Assembly: GCA_964493715.1 (NCBI GenBank)
Contig: CAZBPC010000001.1
Location: 105,288-169,287 of the forward strand
Source of the DNA: an uncultured archaeon
GTDB lineage: Archaea > Asgardarchaeota > Lokiarchaeia > Sigyniarchaeales > SOKP01
Length of the DNA: 64,000 nucleotides
Direction of reading: 5' to 3'
Shown here one piece after another: positions 57,823 to 64,000 of this stretch. The translations under genes were made by a program, and so were the position numbers. The notes below the pieces were generated by a model. That model made no database searches, was not told the DNA's origin, and saw only the letters and a program-made list of their open reading frames with translations. Each line of letters starts with the position of its first letter. Positions within the stretch are counted from its first letter, which is position 1.

Positions 57823-59586
57823 TTAATCAAATAAACTCATGTTTAATGCACGTAAGTTATTTTGATTAATTTTGATTTCCTTACGATCATAAGTAAGTAA
57901 ACCGTTGAACTCACCCTCAACATCAGTAATTTGAGTATAAATTGCGGCACTTAATCCATTTTCTATTAATGTCTTGAGCTTTTTAATCAATCTTGCATAT
58001 CTCTTGGTTAATTTAGTAGAATCAGAAAAACTTCTATAGACAAACTTTTCAGATGTATTCCACATGTGATTTTCGACTTCTAAACCAAGACCTCCGAATT
58101 CCCCTACTACAAGAGCACGGGATTTAGCTTTATCAACATCTGGCATGAGTGGATTAGGATATCTATGTATATCATAGATATCACCAACTCCAAAATCATA
58201 CCATCCACTTGCAGAATCGATAAGACGTGAAGGATCTAACTTTTTTATCGTTTTAGTGACTCGTTCAGTGTCAAATTGACCCCACCCTTCGTTAAATGGA
58301 ACCCAAACAATTATTGAAGTAAAATTATACAAATTTCTGATCACTGCTTCAAGTTCTTTATAGTAATTTAATTTGTCTGGCTCCTCGCGTTTTGTCTGGT
58401 ATTCATTAATATTAATTGGTTGATTAGTAATATCTGTAACCCCTCCGTTTGGCATGTCTTGCCACACCAATATCCCTATTTTATCGCAATGATAGTACCA
58501 TCTTGCTGGTTCCACTTTGACATGCTTTCGAATCATGTTGAAACCAAGTTGCTTTGTAATTTGTATATCATGCTTTAGTGCGTCATCAGTTGGTGCCGTA
58601 TATATCCCATCAGGCCAATATCCTTGATCTAAAGTACCATATTGAAATAAAAATTTGTTATTTAGCTCAATCCGAAAGATTCCATCCAATCCTTTAGATA
58701 GTGTTATCTTTCTCATTCCAAAATAACTATCTATTTCATCAAGAATTGTATCGCTCCTCTTAATTCTAAGAAGGATTTGATAAAGATAGGGATTATGAGG
58801 ACTCCACAGATGTGGTGACTCAATGCTTATTCTAATTTTTTCATTGATCTTGCCTATATAGGAAGTTAATTCTTGAAATTTTTCGTCGTATATTACTATC
58901 TCTAGCTTATCATTATATTCAGGATTAACGACAATTGTTTCAATAGTTATTGATTCGTTATCAATGTCAGGTGTGAGGAAATAATTTTTTATATAAGTAT
59001 TAGGCACAGGTTCGAGCCAAACTGTTTGCCAAATGCCAGATACGGCAGTGTAAAATATAATTTTAGGTTTTAGCGATTGTTTTCCGTATTCTTGCTTGCC
59101 TTTATCAGTAGGATCCAAAACACTAATACTAATCTCATTTTTTCCATCATTCAAGCTATTTGAAATATCAAATTCAAATGGTGTATATCCTCCTTTATGT
59201 TCTCCTATTTTTTTTCCATTTATCCAGACATTAGTTTCCCAATCGACAGCTCCAAAGTGCAATAATACCTTTTTTCCTTTCCAATTATCAGGAAGGATGA
59301 AAGTTCGATGATACCACAATTTTTGATTAGGTTTCAATTTCTTTCCAATTCCAGACAATGCGGATTCAATAGGATAAGGAACTAAGATCCTCCCGTCATA
59401 ACATGTAACCTCTGTTGTATCTTTCGGAGAGATTTTATAATCCCAAAATCCATTTAAATTAAGCCATTCATCACGCTCTAATTGAGGACGTGGATATTCT
59501 GGAAGTGGTTGATTAGGATCAATATCATTAACCCATCGAGTTAATAATTGATCTTTGATAGGTTTCCATATTTCATCATTTTTCAT
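57823..59586 (-). CDS. GH2 glycoside hydrolase
   Basis: EYPRPQL, LHFGAVD, SGIWQTVWLE, LDQGYWPDG, RKHVK, FNEGWG, GEFGG. Confidence 0.9.
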   Translation of the reverse strand: MKNDEIWKPIKDQLLTRWVNDIDPNQPLPEYPRPQLERDEWLNLNGFWDYKISPKDTTEVTCYDGRILVPYPIESALSGIGKKLKPNQKLWYHRTFILPDNWKGKKVLLHFGAVDWETNVWINGKKIGEHKGGYTPFEFDISNSLNDGKNEISISVLDPTDKGKQEYGKQSLKPKIIFYTAVSGIWQTVWLEPVPNTYIKNYFLTPDIDNESITIETIVVNPEYNDKLEIVIYDEKFQELTSYIGKINEKIRISIESPHLWSPHNPYLYQILLRIKRSDTILDEIDSYFGMRKITLSKGLDGIFRIELNNKFLFQYGTLDQGYWPDGIYTAPTDDALKHDIQITKQLGFNMIRKHVKVEPARWYYHCDKIGILVWQDMPNGGVTDITNQPININEYQTKREEPDKLNYYKELEAVIRNLYNFTSIIVWVPFNEGWGQFDTERVTKTIKKLDPSRLIDSASGWYDFGVGDIYDIHRYPNPLMPDVDKAKSRALVVGEFGGLGLEVENHMWNTSEKFVYRSFSDSTKLTKRYARLIKKLKTLIENGLSAAIYTQITDVEGEFNGLLTYDRKEIKINQNNLRALNMSLFD

Positions 59587-59618
59587 TGTATACCTAAATG
59601 GAAAATGTAAAAAAAAAA

Positions 59619-61040
59619 TTACGAAATCGTTTCAATTGTCCAGATTTCGATTTTTTTTAGGTTTATTGAACCTCGCTTTGAAAAGATGGTAAAGCCATTT
59701 GACATGTTAGTTTTGGGAAATATTCTACTAGTAATGCAATCATGATAGTTAATGAATACTTCGATAACCGATCTATCAATGAAAATGTGAAAAATAAAGT
59801 CCTTGTTTGATTCTTGATGATTTAGCCTTCCATTTTCATTTCCAAGAGAAATTTTTGATTCGCGTGTATCAAATTCCAATTTTTCTCCAACATTTAGTTC
59901 ATCGAGAAAGAGACCAAAACCAAAAATCTCATTTCCGCTAAGATCCAACTGAGCAATAATCTCTAAAGACAATTCTGGATAATCTCCTAAGAAATATTGT
60001 GAACCTTCCGGTATTTGAAGATTTTCAAATGCTAAATGTGATTTCCTTAATTTTTGAAGTTCATTGGCAGGATTCATACTTAAATAATTATTAGAGTCAA
60101 AATTTAAAATACGAGGTAAGCTAAGGCATCCATTCCAGCCACCTGAACCCCCACCTTTAATCCAACCCCACGCTATTCTTCTATTTTTATCATCTAACAT
60201 TGTATTAACAGCATATAAACATTTACCATGATCAAAAATATTCCAAATACCCGGTAAAAACTTGAATTTTTCATATTTTCCAATACTATAGATCACTTTT
60301 TTAAAGGGAGATACTATTAATACATGGTCTTCTCCTAATGAAAACAAGTTAGGACATTCCCATCCCCTTCCTTGAGTCCGATTTCCTCTACATAAAATTC
60401 CTTTTAGGTGCCATTTAATTAAATCTGACGATTCATAGATCAATACAATTCCATGACTATTAGAGGGAGATTTATGTTCGTGTCCTCCCAATATCATGTA
60501 CCATTTGCCATTTTCTTTCCAGATATAAGGATCTCTCCAATCATGAATTTCGTACGGAGAATTATCTCTAGAAGTTAAAATGGGATTGTTCACAGACTTC
60601 TCCCACGTCCTCATTCCATCTCTACTAATCGCCATCCACTGTTCTGCATATTCATGTGGAGAGGTATTTTTGCTAGCACTTGTATAGATAATAGTTGGAA
60701 TTCCATTATTGATTACACAAGCACCCGACCAACATCCATCCTCTCCATTTTCGTGTGATGGTATTATTGCAATTGATAGATGTTCCCAATGAACAAGATC
60801 ACTACTTTTAGTATGACCCCAACACATTTCCCACCATTCTTTTTGTTTGAAATTATCTTTAAATGGATTGTGTTGATAAAATATGTGGTATTCTCCCTCA
60901 TAGAATATTAATCCGTTTGGATCATTCATCCAATAAGCAGGAGGTAAAAAGTGATATCTTGGTCGAAATGGACACCTTTTAGCTCTATCTATCCCTCTTT
61001 GCACATTCTCCATTGCAAGTCTAATATCCCTAATCATCAA
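59619..61040 (-). CDS. GH32 beta-fructofuranosidase
   Basis: WMNDPNG, WSG, RDP, WECP catalytic motifs. Confidence 0.92.
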   Translation of the reverse strand: MMIRDIRLAMENVQRGIDRAKRCPFRPRYHFLPPAYWMNDPNGLIFYEGEYHIFYQHNPFKDNFKQKEWWEMCWGHTKSSDLVHWEHLSIAIIPSHENGEDGCWSGACVINNGIPTIIYTSASKNTSPHEYAEQWMAISRDGMRTWEKSVNNPILTSRDNSPYEIHDWRDPYIWKENGKWYMILGGHEHKSPSNSHGIVLIYESSDLIKWHLKGILCRGNRTQGRGWECPNLFSLGEDHVLIVSPFKKVIYSIGKYEKFKFLPGIWNIFDHGKCLYAVNTMLDDKNRRIAWGWIKGGGSGGWNGCLSLPRILNFDSNNYLSMNPANELQKLRKSHLAFENLQIPEGSQYFLGDYPELSLEIIAQLDLSGNEIFGFGLFLDELNVGEKLEFDTRESKISLGNENGRLNHQESNKDFIFHIFIDRSVIEVFINYHDCITSRIFPKTNMSNGFTIFSKRGSINLKKIEIWTIETIS

Positions 61041-61147
61041 GTTGCTAAGTTTCCTATATGAATGTGATAATTAGTACCATTCTCAAGCTTTAATAAATTG
61101 TATCAGAAAAAAATATGAAAATAATAATTAAAAATTAAAAAATAAAA

Positions 61148-62128
61148 TTAGGGCGTAAAGTCGTCAAAAGCCCAATAATGCGCTTCTTCTTCTTGTATGA
61201 TATCTTCAAACAATTTTTTCGTTTTAATATCTCCCAGTTTTGTTGCTTCAGAGATAACTTTCCGATATAAAACAATAGCGTAGTTTTCTGCTTCTCTATC
61301 AAGTTTTATAAAATCATCGGCTGAATTTCCAATTTCAGGTAAAGGATCTACTGTAGCGATTGATTCTCTGTCAATTTCATAAATTCGTTCAGAGATTTTT
61401 TCCATGTGGTCCATTTCTTGAAGGAATGTTTCTTTTAGAACTCCCGATACGACGCTTGCCTTATTTTTTCCAGTAGCAACTTCTAAAGCATTCTTCTTGC
61501 GTTTCAATCTTTCTAAACCTTCAGCTTTCTCATGCTGAGTGGTATATTGAACAATAGCTGATATTTCACTTGCTAGAGCTTTATTGAGTAGGGCAACATA
61601 CTCATCTCCAAAGATAGATCTCCATGCAGAAGCAGGAGTCTCTCCTAAATCAGGTTCATTTTCCATCTCGACATAATCTTGAAATTTTAACAAATGTTCT
61701 TCTTCATCACTATATATCTTAGCAAATAATGACCATGTTTCACGATCACCGCTATTTTTAGCAGCTTCGATTAATTGACGATACAGATCCAAAGCCTCCT
61801 CTTCTGCTTTTAAATCTAATTCCGCAAATTCCCTCAATGAGTTTCCGATAATAACTTGATCCGGTTTAGTGGTTGCTTCTCCTCCTATTATGTAAATTCT
61901 TTCCATGATTTGCGCAAGGTGCTTCATTTCCTGTATAGCTAATTCCTTTAATATTTTCCCGAACTCGTCATACGTCGTAGTCTCAAGTAAGTAGTTTTCC
62001 TTAATCACTTTTCTCTTAAGTTTCTCCATTTTTGTGTGTTGTAGCATATATTGTGTTGAAACTTGAAGTTCACGGGCAACAGCTTTGTTTAATAATGCTA
62101 AATATTCATTTGTAGCTTTTATAATCAT
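61148..62128 (-). CDS. Tandem ferritin-like (bacterioferritin-type) domain protein
   Basis: Two repeats of LLNKA.A.E....QY..QH...EM.H...I.ERI...EE.H. Confidence 0.85.
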   Translation of the reverse strand: MIIKATNEYLALLNKAVARELQVSTQYMLQHTKMEKLKRKVIKENYLLETTTYDEFGKILKELAIQEMKHLAQIMERIYIIGGEATTKPDQVIIGNSLREFAELDLKAEEEALDLYRQLIEAAKNSGDRETWSLFAKIYSDEEEHLLKFQDYVEMENEPDLGETPASAWRSIFGDEYVALLNKALASEISAIVQYTTQHEKAEGLERLKRKKNALEVATGKNKASVVSGVLKETFLQEMDHMEKISERIYEIDRESIATVDPLPEIGNSADDFIKLDREAENYAIVLYRKVISEATKLGDIKTKKLFEDIIQEEEAHYWAFDDFTP

Positions 62129-62303
62129 TTTAGATTCATCTTCATAAATTTTAATTAAATGATGATTTTTACTATTAAAAAGTTTATTATAACAAATTAT
62201 AATTTAACTGCTCTACTACGTCTGTAAGAAGAGAATGTTATTAATGCGATTAGGGAAAACCGGTAGAAAATCATAAAAATATCAAAGAAAAAAACATAAA
62301 AGA

Positions 62304-63635
62304 TTATTTAAAATAACTATAATAAGAATACTTTTCTTTTATTTCATTAAAAATCTTATCTGCCATCTCAAAACTTCCAATGTTAGGATCTATGGCTAAT
62401 GCTGTAATAGCTTTCTCTTTTGATTTATTAAGAATTGCATCTACACATAAATCTTGAGCGGATGCTTCAATTCTTAGAGTTCCCGCAATATTTTTTGGTA
62501 GATTCCCCCATTTTACACCGTGTACTCCTTCTTTATTTATTATTCCAGGGCATTCAATCACTAAATCCTGTGGAAGATTTTCTATTATCCCATCATTTGG
62601 AATGTTTACCGCTACTTCATATCTATTTTCATCATTTAATATGGCTTCAATAATTGGAATCGCTCCTTCTCCCGATAAGAATCTCAACATTCCTTTTTTT
62701 GGATAATTCCCTTTTTTAAGTCTATTATAATATCTCAAAAGGCGCTTATATATCCCTTGACCGTATTTCTCCGTTCGATCAATCCAATCCAACATATCTT
62801 GCGTATTTGTAAATTCTTCACCAAATTGGAGATATTCTCCTAAATGATTATCTCCAACATAAGGGAAGAAACCAAACCGCTTATATACTTCAAGAGTTAA
62901 AGTAGAGAATTCAAACCTATCTTCATGTTCTTTGAAATAATTAAGTGCTTTTGTATTAAATTCTGGCATTAAATCTTTCCCAGTTTTAATTTCCTCAAGT
63001 CCCATTAAAAAACCGAAGTGATTTAACCCATATGGCTTTATTTTCATTTCATGTAGTTTTTTATTAAGTAAAATGGGTAAATGCAGATACATAGCATTAA
63101 TTTGATGGCATAATCCCACAAATTTTAAGATTTGAGTAGCGCGTTTAATTGCTAAACACACTCGAGACATTGGATTGGAAAAATTTATGAAAAATGCATC
63201 AGGGCATACTTTTTCTGCATCCTTGACGATATTAATTATATCTGGGATGATGCGGAAAGCGTGTAATGTACCTCCTGAACCACCACATTCACCTAAAATC
63301 TGAGTAGAGCCATATTTTCTGGGTATATCATAATCCTCTCTCCATAATTTCATTCTATCTCCAATTTCTATCGAACTTATGATAAAATTTGCATCTTTAA
63401 AAGCTTGAGTTCTATTTGTAGTATATTCTAAATTAAATTTATTGTTGATTAGCTCATTTTCTGCCTCTAAAAGTGCATTAATCGTCTTTAGTTTGTCGAT
63501 ATCGATATCATAAAGCACAATTGTTGACCCCTCAAGTTTAGTGCTATGATATATATCTGTAAACATTGATGGTCCAAATGAGGTGCTTCCTGCTCCAACT
63601 AACACTATTCTCTTTTCCAATTTTATCATCCTCAA
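62304..63635 (-). CDS. GH4 glycoside hydrolase, paralogue of 56487-57812
   Basis: GAGSTSF, NFSNP, GLCH, GLNH; long shared stretches such as YEVAVNIPN.GIIENLPQDLVIEC. Confidence 0.88.
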   Translation of the reverse strand: MRMIKLEKRIVLVGAGSTSFGPSMFTDIYHSTKLEGSTIVLYDIDIDKLKTINALLEAENELINNKFNLEYTTNRTQAFKDANFIISSIEIGDRMKLWREDYDIPRKYGSTQILGECGGSGGTLHAFRIIPDIINIVKDAEKVCPDAFFINFSNPMSRVCLAIKRATQILKFVGLCHQINAMYLHLPILLNKKLHEMKIKPYGLNHFGFLMGLEEIKTGKDLMPEFNTKALNYFKEHEDRFEFSTLTLEVYKRFGFFPYVGDNHLGEYLQFGEEFTNTQDMLDWIDRTEKYGQGIYKRLLRYYNRLKKGNYPKKGMLRFLSGEGAIPIIEAILNDENRYEVAVNIPNDGIIENLPQDLVIECPGIINKEGVHGVKWGNLPKNIAGTLRIEASAQDLCVDAILNKSKEKAITALAIDPNIGSFEMADKIFNEIKEKYSYYSYFK

Positions 63636-63832
63636 TTTGCCTGTTCAGAATGTTTAATCAAAAAGATTTATTAAATTAAAAATTAGTTAAATTTGTATAT
63701 TAAGAAACAGTGTCCTGGTAAAGAATATGGCAAAGATAAAAAAATTTAAATAATCAATCTCAAAAAGTCAAATTTTATATTCAATCCAATTCCAATTTAA
63801 TTTAGTATTAATTGATTCAAAGGGAATTTACA

Positions 63833-64000
63833 ATGAATAAGGAAGAGATATGTTTTTTACCAGCATTTGAAATGAAAGAAAAAATAGCATCTCAAGAGCT
63901 TTCTTCAATTGAAATAACTGAAGCTATTATAGAACGTATTGAAAAAATAAATCCTATTATCAATGCTTATTGTACAACTACATTCGATTTAGCTAGAAGT
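63833..64000 (+). CDS. Amidase-signature (GatA-like) protein, 3'-truncated by the window edge
   Basis: MNKEEICFLPAFEMKEKIASQELSSIEITEAIIERIEKINPIINAYCT is a typical amidase N-terminus. Confidence 0.75.
   Translation, partial: MNKEEICFLPAFEMKEKIASQELSSIEITEAIIERIEKINPIINAYCTTTFDLARS

Noticed and set aside
25-62653. Numerous 60-110 aa ORFs antisense to or nested in longer genes
   Set aside because: Shadow ORFs with no motifs, overlapping well-supported CDSs.
1-64000. CRISPR array, rRNA or tRNA genes
   Set aside because: No regularly spaced repeats, no GC-rich rRNA-like tract and no cloverleaf with a T-loop consensus seen.

Overview
AT-rich archaeal chromosomal DNA, very probably from an Asgard archaeon of the Lokiarchaeia/Promethearchaeia type. 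The pointers are proteasome beta, TFB, RadA, archaeal FEN1 and ThrRS editing domain, a roadblock/small-GTPase pair and an Ino1 + ITPK1-like cluster. The flanks (1-9.3 kb and 52-64 kb) hold housekeeping and sugar-catabolism genes with ordinary purine-rich BRE-TATA promoters. The centre (about 9.4-51.6 kb) is different. It collects divergent homologues of the recombination toolkit (RadA, a RadB-like paralogue, Hel308 with a SWIM insert, Hef/FANCM with an apparently dead nuclease, FEN1, RPA), a membrane operon ending in a VirB4/HerA-like pseudo-ATPase, a membrane-anchored HhH protein, a pilin-sized membrane peptide, an MglB-MglA pair and a TFB paralogue with an altered BRE-recognition helix. About 20 transcription starts in this block share an unusual promoter: a T-tract directly upstream of a TTTAAAWA/TTTATAWA box, often followed by ATGATA. 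A highly structured ~155-nt non-coding element also lies in the block. My main hypothesis (inference) is an alternative-TFB-controlled DNA transfer and recombination regulon. No rRNA, tRNA, CRISPR array, integrase or transposase was seen. All family calls come from motif recognition by eye, not database searches.
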